In this document: one piece after another, positions 28,817-40,526 of the stretch
Numbering within the stretch: the first letter of the stretch is position 1
Layout: every line of letters begins with the position of its first letter
The notes under the pieces: model-generated
What the model was told of the DNA's origin: nothing
Database searches by the model: none
What the model saw: only the letters and a program-made list of their open reading frames with translations
Program-made: the position numbers and the translations under genes
Assembly: GCA_037379345.1 (NCBI GenBank)
Contig: CM074513.1
Location: 14,260,001 to 14,324,000 of the forward strand
DNA: 64,000 nt
Source of the DNA: Perna viridis
Lineage: Eukaryota
Direction: 5' to 3'

Positions 28817-31800
28817 TTTAATATTACGATTATTCTGGAATGGCAAAAGTAGTGCCGGCATGGAAGAGACCAGTGCTCCGGAGTTTGGGACGGAGGAAGT
28901 CCAACATGTAAATGTACCCTTTACCCTTTGATCTCTCCTGTCGCTATACAACTCGGCAGGTTTTCCGGTATTCTAGAATTGTATTCAAAAATTGATGTAG
29001 TACTTGAAGACAAATCACACTATTATTCATGCGCACTGTATGGTGCAAACTATTATATCGTCGTCGATTTGTGACGTCGCTTTTAGCGCGAAATTGGCGA
29101 CTTATCTCCCTTTGACGGTAGAAGCAATATGACGTCGAGATTCAAGGGCTGCTTTGGAAAATGTTCCGTAAATGCCAGGCGTCCGTCCGTGTGTCCGTCT
29201 GTCCTACACAAATTCACGACTACAATTTCACAAGGAAATTCCGAGGAAACTTAAAAACAAATTTTACTAATACTTAGACTTTGAAAAAAAAAAATCAACA
29301 TTGTCCGATAGTTTTAGGGGGAGTTTTGCCAATTCGATTATCAAACATTTTAACGAGGGTCGGGCGGGAGATATGGAACAATAATCTTTTCTTGGAGAAT
29401 GTGAGCTAGTTTTCCTACTCCCGACAAGTTGTTGAACAGGGGGATATTAAAGGTGGTCCTGTATTATTGCAAATAAAACAAAATTTGGCAGTTCATTTAC
29501 TGAGGTAAAAATGTAGAAAATAGTTTCACGCGAATTATGTAATCCATGCGCAGATTCATATGGGCGGATCCGGCGAATGCCCCTTGAAATCAGTAACATG
29601 TTTGTAGCATATCCAATACAACCAAAGTCTATCACGCTTTCATTTGAAACGGAATTAAATCTGTCCAAGTTACTTTGATGCTTACATGAGATCGATGTAA
29701 AATGCTGAATACCAACGTTCCAATGATTTGTAGGAGTTGTGTCCTTTACCCTAGATCTACCTTAAGGTTCTATGTTTTATTCTTCCAAAATATAAATACA
29801 ACTTTTCATGGCTTTTTATATGAAGTGATTTTATAAGAAACAATTACAGGGAAAATAGTAGTATTTATTTCCCTGCATTAGGTTGACCAATCGTGTACCC
29901 TATTTAGATGAAAGGAAGTTGAACTTTGAATGGACAGATTTGTGTACTGACAAAGTTTGTAATGATTATTTTTCTCTCTCAGATTCTTAATGGATCAAAG
30001 TTTAAAAAAAACATTAAGTTTACTTTTTTATCCTTAAAAATGCATAGTTTATGAAATTTTAAAAAGAATGCATAATTGTTACAAATGAGTGCGGAACCAA
30101 AAAAAATGCTAAACTTCCGGTACCTTCAAACTTTTGATGGTGGTTGAAAAAAACGAAGGTCAACCTCTATTCCCATGGTGATTTTTCGATCTCTGAATGA
30201 AAGTACTATAATAAAAAATGTTTTTTCAGTCCTAGTTTTAATTAGAAATTACTGAAAAACTTGAAAAGGTCAGTATTGTCGGCTAAGGGAAAATAAATAC
30301 TACCGTTTTCCCTATAGTATGACGCAAATCTGTAGAAGGGTTATTGTTCATAATAATCCAAACTAATTATTCTTTATACTCTCTGAAATGTTTTTTTCAT
30401 TGTACTTTATTCTATGTCATCAAAGTCAGAATTGTTCCGAAACTACAATTTCCAACAAAAAATGTTTAATAGCCCTGTCGTACGTTAAACGCAATGCCCT
30501 AGCTAGTCTAAGGCTCGATCAACCTATTAAAAAATAAACAATTTTCTCTGCATAATTGCTATTAGGGATCTATATTTGTTCCAGTCTTAGAAATAATTAG
30601 GGTAATCAAACCTTTAGAAAGTTGATAGGTTCCGATAATTTGATATTATGTCTACAAGAGTGTGATTTTTAAATTTTTTTCTCAATCAGCTGTGAAGGTA
30701 ATTGTTCTCTTTTCTTTCTTTTTTTTTGGATCTCATCCTATTTTCTCTCTCTCTGTGTATTGATTTAGCATAATTGCAATTTTATTAAACTAGGAAGGTC
30801 TTTTTTGCTACAAAATCTAGTTCAAGGCTTACTTTGTGACTTCTAAGTCAGTTTGATACAGCGATAGTTATCTTCGGGGAATAGAATTGGTATTCCCATA
30901 CCTGAAAACGTTCCTATATTTCTCTAAGGTAAAATAAATGGTGATTCAGTCAAGGGGAGACCAACTCTTCTCTCTGACGGTACTTGATGCGCGGCTTACA
31001 GTAATTTATCAAATATAATTATTAAACTTCGTCTTTATTATCAGTAGAGAAGCCGTTTACGTTTGCTTGTATTTCCGTCTTTTGACGGTTAACAGTATCC
31101 CGTATGTCCGTCCGTCCGTCTGTCTATAGGACATACATGTACGATGACTGAAAAAAAAACGCTTTTAGAGATTTTCTTAATTTATGGTACAACATAGAGT
31201 AATCACGGTAACCAAGATTCTAGCGGAAATCAAAAAAATATAACCCAGGGACAAAGACCAGACATGGATACCATATACACACAACAAAGAAGATGAAATA
31301 ACCAAAATAATACGTACAAAGCAACAAAAGTAAATGAGCAACTCAGAATCCAATAAAAACTGGAGCATGGACCAGGTGTACCGATTGGGTAAGCGTCCTC
31401 TGCTTTTCTACTATGACCTTTTTTCTCAATCATTTGTAAAAGTTCTTTTTTGGGGGGGGAACTCATCCTATTTTCTTTCTCTCTGTATTGCACTGTTATT
31501 AACCTAGAATAAACCCGTCGAACAGCTCATAAAAAGTCAAGTCCGGGAAGACAAAAGAGGAAAGGAAAACAATGACCCGTTGAATAAATCCGTTTCATGG
31601 TGCAGACGGATACACCGTAACGATCCACGAGTTCATGATGATGACCATAAATCTTCTGTAGTGATGCCTTCAATCTTGTAGCAACATTATCCCGTTCAGA
31701 AGCATAATTGTTAAATAGAAGTTGCAGTCAGATTCTGTTGTTTTGGTAACATTTAAATGCATGCGCATGACGTTGAAACAGAGCTTGAAACATTTGTATC

Positions 31801-32934
31801 TCATTTTATTTAGTCATTCGTCAGTACATTCTCTCAAAATCGAACGCAAATCGATAGATATTTTTGTATCTAATTTATTTAGTCATTCGTTAGTACATTC
31901 GCACAAAATCGAACGCAAATCAATAGATCTTTTTCTTTCTTCGGTTAAAGCCTATGTGGCAAATTTACAAATCAAAGTACTTTGTCCTCTGTCGACACAA
32001 CAGTTTTCTTAAAACTATATACACGCCTTCATCGTATCAATGTTTACATGCACTTTTGGAATGACTAAAGGGAAGAAATGTGCGAGATGATGTCAAAATT
32101 TTAACATAAAGAGACTTTGCATTTCATAAAAAATTTTATCAAATGAACTTGTACAAAAAAATTCAGTTAAAGGGAATTTAAAATGGAACCAACTGCGTTT
32201 AAATAAATATAGATAGATGACTTACGAGACGAATTCAGTACTTTAAATACGATCCAATATAGAACGTACTTGTTTAGGATAAGTGTCCAAACCAGAAAAT
32301 ACTGCAATTATATTAATTTCTGCGCTTATGTACTTCAGTGCTTAAGGAACAAGCTTATTATGCTTGCACACACCGTAGCGCGGAAGGATTTTGCCTTTTT
32401 TATCTTTGTATGGAGAAAATGCGCACACTAGTATAAAGGACAAGGGATGAACACACCATTCAGATTAGGATGGGGCTAGTGCAAATGTGTTGAAGTAAAG
32501 ACCGAGGGAGGCTAGAACATATTGGGGGATTGAATTTCATGCAAACAAATTATTATTCACACTTATACGTGTACTGAGGGCATAGGTCCGGTACACCGTT
32601 CCTTGGATCCGTGCATAATAAAAACAACTTTTTTGTGTTACTTGAAATAAGATATTTATATACTTATATTTTGTCAACTAGTCTGTACCTGTATGGAAAA
32701 GTTTTAACTTTCCAAGTAGAAACCGTAGAAAGAAACTGTCGTTAGCATGACATATTCTGCTATGCTAAAGCAGTATACAGTGCATTGTATACCTCAAATG
32801 AAAACCCTGTATCTGCTGTAGTGTGTTTTTTACTCTGGTCATATTTGAAAAATAAACTTTTTTGTCAAACAGAATTACAGAACATTCGATTCAAGATTGT
32901 TTTGCTCGTACACTCTAAAAAGTAAAGATATTAA

Positions 32935-33140
32935 GGAGGTAGACATAGGATAAGGGACACAACTCCAACAAATCATTGAAACGTTTGTATTCACCATTTT
33001 ACATCAATCTCACGTAAGCATAACTTTAACTGATTTTATTCTGTTTCAACGGAACGCTTAAAAAGCTTTGGTAAAATTAATTACAATAGAAATATATCAC
33101 TGATTTCAAGAGTTATGTCCCTTACCCTAGGTCTACCTCC
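32935..33140. mobile_element. TTAA-target MITE, same family as 831-1046
   Basis: TTAA|GGAGGTAGAC ... GTCTACCTCC|TTAA, with internal sequence collinear with the 831-1046 copy. Confidence 0.85.
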
Positions 33141-35051
33141 TTAAACACCTCAACATATTTTGAAACCTTAATATGTTTAAAACGTACTCAGAATAAGTGT
33201 TCAGATTAGTTTTTTTTTACGTCATGTTAACCTAGTCTGTCGTTTATTTTGGATGTTCGTCCGTTCATCCAAAATGGATTTGATCGATTCATCCAGTTTT
33301 TATAGATAAAATCAAAAACGATTTGTAATATCAACGCTTAAACATGATACATTACTGTAAAGTGTCTCCATTTCTTTCAAACACAGATCGCCGGACAGAG
33401 CGGCTAGACAATTCTTGATGAATTTGTCATACTGAGTGAAAGTATGCACGGTTGCTTATCATATTATATAAATCGATGTGTGCATTGTTTTTCCAGCTGT
33501 TTATTGTTTCAACGGTTGCTTTGTCAATTCTAAGAATGGTGTATGCTCATCACACCCGACTAAATTCGCCCTAACATTATACCGTATGTCCCCGTTACCA
33601 TCTGATGAACGTGTTGAATATGGTCATAATAATAAGAAAAGTTAAAATTTATCTTCGAAACGGACAGGAAATCGAGTTTTTATCATTGGGATCGGAATTA
33701 GGTAAATATGCTTCCGTAAGTTCAAATACACTACAGTCGCCAATATACATGTAATTTGTCATCGACTTCTTCTTTCGTATACTATATCAGCCAACAAGTT
33801 TCTGAAATAGCGGAAAACACATATACATTGTTTCTCAATATGACTGTACATGCGATTAAATTGGTAAGTAAAAGAACCGCCGTGCAGTTCGGGTTTTATA
33901 AGAAAAACATTCAACACTACCGAATCGCCAAAATAAGCTCTTCGGCAGACATGGTGTGTCTATCACAACGAGGACGGAACTGAATTGGTCTTATATGAGT
34001 ATCACTGTACATATCCTGAGCTTATCGGTAAGCATTTCCAGAAAATAATCGATACTACATGTACCATACTGCAAACAAAAAAAAAAGAGGACAAACTCCA
34101 TTAGTCGTGGACTTATTACATCGACAACATCGCATGTCATGATGACTTCGGGTGTTTCCAGAAAAAGCAGACACAACTTACTGTGCTGCCGGTATACATG
34201 TGTTTTTATGTAATTATGTTATTTCATATATCTGTGCTCTTCCATTTTTTTAAATAAAAAATCAAAGACTGAAGTCTTCAAAGTCGCTAATCGTCAAATA
34301 TTCTATGATACTGATATCGGCTTGCTTTCAACATCCGAAATGGCACGAATGCGATATGCTTTAAAATCGGGTGACTTCCGCTAGAATCTTGGTTCCCTTG
34401 ATCTGATTGCTCTTTCGTAATCGTGACGACCCGAATGTTTCTCAACCAAAACAACTGGTTACCAGGAAATGCGACTAATTTTTTCGTTCCGTAAGTTTTT
34501 CTTAAATTTTTAGCGATCTTTGGGTCGCTTATGATATTGACCAGGGAACCAGATTGAACAACTTGCAATAGGGTTTGTAAGTCTCGTCATGTGACTCCAT
34601 AGTTTCATGAGAATGAGTCCTAGTTTACCATTCACATACATGGAGATTTGTCATTTTCAGAGCGTTTGGTTCAGTATATAAAAGCAATTAAAAACATATT
34701 TTCATATAAAAATACCAATAAATGTGAGAAATATCTATTTCCACATGATAAAAGTGTTAAGAAAAAGCATACAATAGAATATTTTGCATAGTAATACAGC
34801 GTTTGAGTTCCCAGAAGTAACTTAAAAAAGCAGACCGGTCTTGGGATTCCAATACGTTTTACATATTAAACATTATCAGGGCCCCTATAATGTTTATGAC
34901 CTGTATAGTCAACTGTAACGAGGCCATGTGTCTGAATCGGAGACTGAGTAATATAACATTCAGTTCGTTGTTAATCAATCATTTCATCTGTTAATGTAAA
35001 CTTCCCGTTCTCATACAAGCAAACAAAAAAAAACAAAAACAAAACAAAACA

Positions 35052-35184
35052 AATAGTGTGAAAATGACAATTCTGCCCCACATGCAGAAATCCTGCATAA
35101 AATCCCCAACCCCGACGGCCAAATGCAAACGGACGGCATTCCCATTGAGCATAGGGTAAATACGAGAAATATGACTTTCGTACA
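35052..35184 (+). repeat. Polinton left terminal inverted repeat
   Basis: Reverse complement of 48604-48736 with 9 mismatches. Begins AATAGT rather than AGTAGT. Confidence 0.95.
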
Positions 35185-35527
35185 CAATGGATTCGTTGAC
35201 ATTCCCACAGATGGGGATGACTTCATCAGAGAAGACGCCTTCCAGGAGAAGGTGCAGGACCAGAATCAGGAAGCACTCAAATGGAAGGACTTACCCACCG
35301 GGGCGATCTATAAGATCTTGGAGGTGGTAGAAGTGGATGGGAAATTCGGTAAAAGCAAAATCCTCACCCTGAAGAATCGAGACGGAGAGACCACCAGGGT
35401 ATGGGCCTGCCCCACTCTTAACAAAGAGAAGGGTCCCTTGCAAAGAGCTTTCGTTCGGAGCACTGGATTCAAGGTGAGCAAGAAATCTCAGCAGCAGTAC
35501 CTCTCCTATGATCTGGTGAGGAAGTAA
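35123..35527 (+). CDS. Polinton small protein, possibly an OB-fold ssDNA-binding protein
   Basis: Intact 134-aa ORF starting inside the left TIR. Beta-rich pattern YKILEVVEVDGKFGKSKILTL..VWA. AATAAA overlaps the stop codon. Function is inference. Confidence 0.6.
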   Translation: MQTDGIPIEHRVNTRNMTFVHNGFVDIPTDGDDFIREDAFQEKVQDQNQEALKWKDLPTGAIYKILEVVEVDGKFGKSKILTLKNRDGETTRVWACPTLNKEKGPLQRAFVRSTGFKVSKKSQQQYLSYDLVRK

Positions 35528-35579
35528 TAAAAAATAATCGAGGGCTATGGGTATAGGGTTCGAAATTTCCCAATCCGAA

Positions 35580-35978
35580 TTACTGGAAAAACTCCAGGCC
35601 TTTGCTCACTGCATCTTCGATCTTGGATTGGTAGGATCTGACGATGCGCACGGTATCTTCATGCTTTTTACGCTTTTGGCGGATGCGCTTGGCTAGCACC
35701 GCCAACCCCGCCATCGTGATGGAATTCACGACGGCTAGTGAGCTCAACGGAATGCATGCTACGGCACCTATCCCCGTTGCGGCGGTGCTGAGTGTGCCGG
35801 TTGTGCAAATGACATTGAGCACGGCAAATGAACCCAGAGCAAAAGACACCACTTTGTCCACTCGTTTATAGATCCTCGACAGTCGGGCGTATTTATGCAT
35901 TTCGAATTTGAGCTCTCGCTCGATAGATTCGATCCTAGCTTCCCTGTAGGCTTTCTTCCCAAAGTCTACGGAGTCCAT
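35580..35978 (-). CDS. Polinton two-TM-helix membrane protein (C-terminus possibly truncated)
   Basis: Two hydrophobic segments followed by a basic KRIRQKRKKH tail. TAAATAAATG start context. Confidence 0.7.
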   Translation of the reverse strand: MDSVDFGKKAYREARIESIERELKFEMHKYARLSRIYKRVDKVVSFALGSFAVLNVICTTGTLSTAATGIGAVACIPLSSLAVVNSITMAGLAVLAKRIRQKRKKHEDTVRIVRSYQSKIEDAVSKGLEFFQ

Positions 35979-35982
35979 TTAT

Positions 35983-36561
35983 TTATAGGAGCATGCCTAA
36001 GATGGGGATGCTTTTGAAGGGGCTATTGGGACCTAAGATCAACCCCTTACCATCGTAGAACCGACGTCCGCTCTTCAAGTATAAGCCATCGCCGTAAGTA
36101 TTGGGCAAAGTACCTGGGCTGAGATACAGACCACGACCATGAGGTTTCACGCAGCATACTTTCCCACCCTTCTTGAGAAATAATCCAGATCCCACGGCCT
36201 TTTGGATGGCTGCGCTTCCCAAACCGCTCAATGCGCCCACGCCCAAAGCGGGCAGCACGGTTTTGGCCAGCATGGGCAGCGCGGCAGAGGCGAGACCTGC
36301 CAGCATGGGGAGGAATCCACCTTCTTTCTGCACCTTATGCCTCACCTGCTTCGGACTCATCTCCAAGACCATTCCACCCTTACCGCTCTGCAAGAGCTTG
36401 GCGATGCGCTGGATCTGACGGCGGGTGAGGAGCATCTTATGCTCGCCGGATAGGTTTGCATGCGATAATCGGACGCTCACGGGGCAACCGTTCTTTGCCG
36501 CAAGCTGGATCTTCTCTGCCTGACCTTTCGTCAAGTTCAGACCATACTCTTGATAATCCAT
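35983..36561 (-). CDS. Polinton virion core/structural precursor
   Basis: 192 aa. EGGFLPMLAGL hydrophobic segment and repeated GxG-L(Y/F/I)L motifs, probable maturation cleavage sites. Confidence 0.75.
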   Translation of the reverse strand: MDYQEYGLNLTKGQAEKIQLAAKNGCPVSVRLSHANLSGEHKMLLTRRQIQRIAKLLQSGKGGMVLEMSPKQVRHKVQKEGGFLPMLAGLASAALPMLAKTVLPALGVGALSGLGSAAIQKAVGSGLFLKKGGKVCCVKPHGRGLYLSPGTLPNTYGDGLYLKSGRRFYDGKGLILGPNSPFKSIPILGMLL

Positions 36562-36565
36562 TTAT

Positions 36566-37237
36566 TTATACCTCACGCAGATGGAAGCGGATGGTGAGAT
36601 TCTCCCCTCGCAGATCGATGGGGGGAGCGTCTTGATCGGTCAGATACGTCTGCATGCGATCGATGGTCCTCAGGGTCACGGGTAAGTAGACAAGATTCTT
36701 GGGAGTCTGGATGATCTTCATGCCAGGATCGACTGCGGGAAAGAAGCTATAGATGGTGGACTGCTGCGTGCCGTTGACGTAGGTATACGTCCGGCGCTCG
36801 AATCCAAGCACCGTATTTAGGCTATTAGGCACGTCGAAATCCACTTGATAATTTCTGGCGAGAGTAAGGGTTGCTCTCAGCGTCGCGCGATTGGCATCGA
36901 GAAGGACCTTAGCCTTATGCTTATTGAGCCGCAGTTGCCGCTGGATCTCATCGTTGATATCGTCGATGCCGTAGGAGCCGGTGCTCAGATCGACGGGAAA
37001 CCAGCTAGCCCCGTCATCGGGAGAGTAGCGGAAGGAATTATTACCTGCGTGAATATTGGGGATGGAGTAGTAGGTCTCCAGATTCACGAGGGCCATCTCG
37101 TAAGATTTCTCCTCGCGCAGCTGGAGGGGTGGGTTGAAGCGAGTCAAGATCTGACTATCGTTCCCAGAGACGATGAAGGAGAACCCGTGCTTGGGCTCGG
37201 TATTGGTGGCGATTTTCCGCAAAAGTGAAACGTCCAT
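36566..37237 (-). CDS. Minor capsid protein (penton), probably with an in-frame deletion
   Basis: TRFNPPLQL..YEMALVNLETYYSIPNI N-terminus and LTDQD..IDLRGENLTIRFHLR C-terminus. Abrupt TYTY|VNG join. Confidence 0.85.
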   Translation of the reverse strand: MDVSLLRKIATNTEPKHGFSFIVSGNDSQILTRFNPPLQLREEKSYEMALVNLETYYSIPNIHAGNNSFRYSPDDGASWFPVDLSTGSYGIDDINDEIQRQLRLNKHKAKVLLDANRATLRATLTLARNYQVDFDVPNSLNTVLGFERRTYTYVNGTQQSTIYSFFPAVDPGMKIIQTPKNLVYLPVTLRTIDRMQTYLTDQDAPPIDLRGENLTIRFHLREV

Positions 37238-37251
37238 TTATCTAAGCCTCC

Positions 37252-38478
37252 TCAGAAAACGACGCTCATCTTCTGGCCGTCGGATTCGAATGGAGGATTC
37301 GATCGGAGATGACCAGGGCGAAGGCTTGGGTATTGGCAGGGACGTTGCGCTCGAAGTCGGCTCGGATCTGGATATCCACCGTCGACTCTTTCAGCCGCTC
37401 GGACTGATGGCTCACGTCGATGACGAATAGGGGATAGAGATCGATGAAGTCGGAGGGATTGATGCCGCCATTGCTCAGCAGACTTTCCATGCTATAGAAT
37501 TTCTTGGGGAATTCGACAGCCTTCTTATAGACCCTGCATTGGGTGAAGCCAGCATTGAAGTCCACGGCGGGATAGCGCTCCGCATTGAGGGTCACGTGAA
37601 TATTTTGCAATCGGCAGTGGTCGAAGACGGCGGCATTATGCAGCTGGTCGTTGTCCCTTTCGATGATGCATCGCGGTTTTTCTCGCCCGCTTTTCGCGGC
37701 TAGGCTCCAATGAAATTGTGAGGTCTGGGGCACGGCTATGGAGTCGCACTGCCTCATGCGAAATCCGCAATCGATTTTGGTCTTGCTCTGGATGGTCTTA
37801 TAGAGCCGCAGCTTCTTTTCGTCGGACGGGATGACGTGGGGGACGAACCAGGAGACCTTGCTCAAGACTACTTTGGCCACGTCGTTGACGGCAGCGGCTC
37901 GGAGGATGGCATTGGCATCCGAATCGCGCACCTGGGAGAGCTCGTGCTTGAATCCGTAGACGATCTTATCGTAGTCCTCGGCAAAGCCAAAGTTGTGCTT
38001 GAGAAGGATGGAGAAGGAAAAGGACCCCTTATTGGCTGGCTTGGTGATGATATACCCGCGACGTGCTGCGAATCCAACGTTATCTGCCTCAGCATCGGCC
38101 GTGGAGTCTGAACCATAGCTGGTTGAGGCCTTGCGATTTGGAGAAGTCGTCGGGATACGTCAGCATCCCTAGCATGGTGGTGGCGATGCCGGGGTCGTTG
38201 AGATGCTCGATCTGCTGGCCGGAGAGTCGGTAGCTGACGAGCGATACCAGATCGCCATCGCCATACGCAGCGCCATCATTCTTCTGAAGTCGGCTTTCGA
38301 TCAAAAGATAGCTTTCGGCGGGATGGAGGAAGAGATCCTGAATCTCGATATTGATGCGTATCTCTGCGCCGGCATTATTCAGCTGCGCCCCGGCTTGAGG
38401 TTCGTATTCGTGAACCTGATATTCCTGGAGACTTTCATCGAAAGTCAGTCCTTCGGTGATAGAGAGCATATCGGCCAT
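37252..38478 (-). pseudogene. Double jelly-roll major capsid protein, frameshifted
   Basis: Fragments FDESL..YQVHEYEP, QDLFLHPAESYLLIE, FGFAEDYDKIVYGFKHEL, SKVSWFVPHV, YPLFVIDVSHQSERLK and FESDGQKMSVVF* lie in different frames. Confidence 0.88.
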
Positions 38479-38485
38479 GATATAT

Positions 38486-38824
38486 TTATCTATAGCGCTG
38501 GACGAAGTCGTGGATGGTGGCGATGCCCCCGCCCGAGATGAGATTATTGAGACGGGTCTGCTGCTGTGGGGTCATCTTGGTGGGTGGTGCTTTAGGCTTC
38601 TTTTTGCGGGTCACTCGATTGACGACGTGGTCCACCGCCTTGCTCGCACCTTTCTCCACGCCTTTCAAAGCTGCATTGGAGGAGGCGCTCACGGCCTTGC
38701 TACCCAACGTCTTGGCGGCGGAGGAGGTAAGCACCCGTCCGGCAAGATTGGCGATGGTATCGAAAAGGCCTCTTCCGCCGACGGCATACTTCCGACGATA
38801 TCCGTGATTCACTACTAAAGGCAT
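38486..38824 (-). CDS. Small basic core protein precursor
   Basis: 112 aa, K/R/A/S-rich. VGGRG-LFDTIANLAGRVL is a probable cleavage site followed by an amphipathic helix. Confidence 0.7.
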   Translation of the reverse strand: MPLVVNHGYRRKYAVGGRGLFDTIANLAGRVLTSSAAKTLGSKAVSASSNAALKGVEKGASKAVDHVVNRVTRKKKPKAPPTKMTPQQQTRLNNLISGGGIATIHDFVQRYR

Positions 38825-38835
38825 CGTAAATATAT

Positions 38836-39681
38836 TTAGAGGAGCTTCCGATGCAGCTTCTCGTACTCACCCCTGCTGATATGACCGGACTTCCTCATGG
38901 CGTCGAGGATGGCCACGATTTCGTTGCGCACCCCATTATTTCCGGCCTGGTAGGTGGCGGCGCAAAGATCGAGACGATCCAGCAATTGGTCGAAGCACGT
39001 GGGGAGGAAGACGGTCGATACCCCGCTCCCATACTTATCTTGCTTATAGATGTACGAGACGATCTCCTTCCTTGCCTTGGGGGTCTGCGAGAGCGCAGAG
39101 TTGCCTTGATACATGGCATTGGATGCTCGTAGGATATCACCATAGGTATGCAGGTCATCCACCTCGAAATCGTTGGGATGCTTCATGACCATAAGTTCCC
39201 ATAGGCCGGGGGTACCCTTATAGCGCTCGTCATCGACGAGGATATCGTCTCCATTGAAGGTGACAGGCAGACTCCCGATCATGATGGCGCCGTCTTCCAC
39301 TCGCAATCCAAAGGTATGGTCGGCCTTGGGAGTCATACTGAGCTGAAGATAATGGGTGGCTCGCGGACCGAGGTTGGTTCTCAATGCTTGCTCGATGGCA
39401 AGCGGATCGTCGTCGCCCTCGGCGGCAGGGAGAGGAGGGGGAAGGGCAGGCACCGGGGCGGGCAGAGCGAGTGGGATATCTTCGATCTTTTTGGTGATCT
39501 GGGAGGCGGTCTCCTTTTGCGTCTCGACCACCGGCTTGAATATCTTGGAGAGATCGCGGCTGAGTCCGATCTTATCTAGGCGACGCTGCATATCGCTGGC
39601 CTGGATGCTACGCTTGGTCTCCTGCAAGTCCCTGGCAAGCGCCTCACGCTGCTTGGGGTCGGTGATCTTGATGAACGTCAT
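38836..39681 (-). CDS. Conserved Polinton protein of unknown function, copy 1
   Basis: 281 aa. FIKITDPKQRE..IFKPVVE, YKGTPGLWEL and C-terminal LLDRLDL..YQAGNNGVRNEI motifs recognised as Polinton-associated. Confidence 0.75.
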   Translation of the reverse strand: MTFIKITDPKQREALARDLQETKRSIQASDMQRRLDKIGLSRDLSKIFKPVVETQKETASQITKKIEDIPLALPAPVPALPPPLPAAEGDDDPLAIEQALRTNLGPRATHYLQLSMTPKADHTFGLRVEDGAIMIGSLPVTFNGDDILVDDERYKGTPGLWELMVMKHPNDFEVDDLHTYGDILRASNAMYQGNSALSQTPKARKEIVSYIYKQDKYGSGVSTVFLPTCFDQLLDRLDLCAATYQAGNNGVRNEIVAILDAMRKSGHISRGEYEKLHRKLL

Positions 39682-39849
39682 TTTATTTATAGCATCGCCA
39701 ACGCCCCTTAGCGATGAATCGAACGCTCCAAGGCGATGGATCGAACGCCCCTAAGCGATGGATCGATCGCCCCATAACGTTCAAGCCATCTCCCATGCTT
39801 TTTGCCTCCTGCCTCAGCGGGATGCAAAAACAATAGATTCCCGAAGATC

Positions 39850-40518
39850 CTACGCACTCTCCATGCATTTGGAGGAGCAGAAAGGCTTCACGCCTTTGAG
39901 GAGATCGTACTCCCCCACCATCCTCACTTTTACGCCCGACCAGAGGGTGGCAAATTTGGGTACGTATATAGTCTCCTCGTGATGCAAAGCCTTACCGCGG
40001 GCGATCGAGACTCCGCACCGGCAGCATGCCTCGGGGAAAAGCTTCGAATGCCTCTTGCACTTATCACTGTCCGATATGGAGGGATACGTGCACTGATGGC
40101 CGCGGATGGTCTTGATGCAGCACTGGGGTCCGGGCGGCGGCTTAGATTTGCGGTTGGAGTGGGAATTATAGGTCCTTCCTTCGAAATCCTGATGATCGAT
40201 GCGGCGAATGAGCGTGAGTCCGCACTTATTGCAGAAGCCATCCTCAAGGCTATGGCGGCAGCGGCACTCGCACTTTCCAAATTCGCCCAGATACTGGCGG
40301 ATGCAGGGGTGGCAAATATTGCCGAGAAGTTTGCACTCACACTCTTCCCCGTATCGGCCAAAATAGTGATCCGCAGAGCACCTCTCGCACCTATCCAGCC
40401 ATCGGGGAGGCTTGGAGAGTATATCCAAGAGGTATCCCCTTAACTCAGCGATCGATGGAGATCGACCTTTCTCTAGCTCGAACTGATTCTCCAGGAAAAA
40501 TTCCTTCAAGTGATCCAT
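39850..40518 (-). CDS. Cys-rich multi-zinc-finger protein, copy 1
   Basis: 222 aa with several CxxC pairs, a C-x7-C-x10-C-x2-H knuckle, and a C-terminal CCRCG...FCSSKC (TRASH/FCS-like) motif. Confidence 0.7.
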   Translation of the reverse strand: MDHLKEFFLENQFELEKGRSPSIAELRGYLLDILSKPPRWLDRCERCSADHYFGRYGEECECKLLGNICHPCIRQYLGEFGKCECRCRHSLEDGFCNKCGLTLIRRIDHQDFEGRTYNSHSNRKSKPPPGPQCCIKTIRGHQCTYPSISDSDKCKRHSKLFPEACCRCGVSIARGKALHHEETIYVPKFATLWSGVKVRMVGEYDLLKGVKPFCSSKCMESA

Positions 40519-40526
40519 TCTTTATC

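Noticed and set aside
31790-31930. ~70-bp tandem duplication (also ~36 bp at 61637-61708)
   Set aside because: Ordinary local duplications with no sign of function.
9000-35000. Many 60-110-aa ORFs in the AT-rich interval
   Set aside because: Low complexity or inside repeats; no recognisable domains or consistent splice structure.
35046-35051. AAAACA TSD as independent proof of integrase-mediated insertion
   Set aside because: It lies in an (AAAAC)n tract where such a match is likely by chance; used only as supporting evidence.
39802-40443. 213-aa + strand ORF (copy at 42579-43220) and many other overlapping ORFs in 35-48.7 kb
   Set aside because: Antisense or alternate-frame shadows of GC-rich viral genes; no motifs and no junction start signal.
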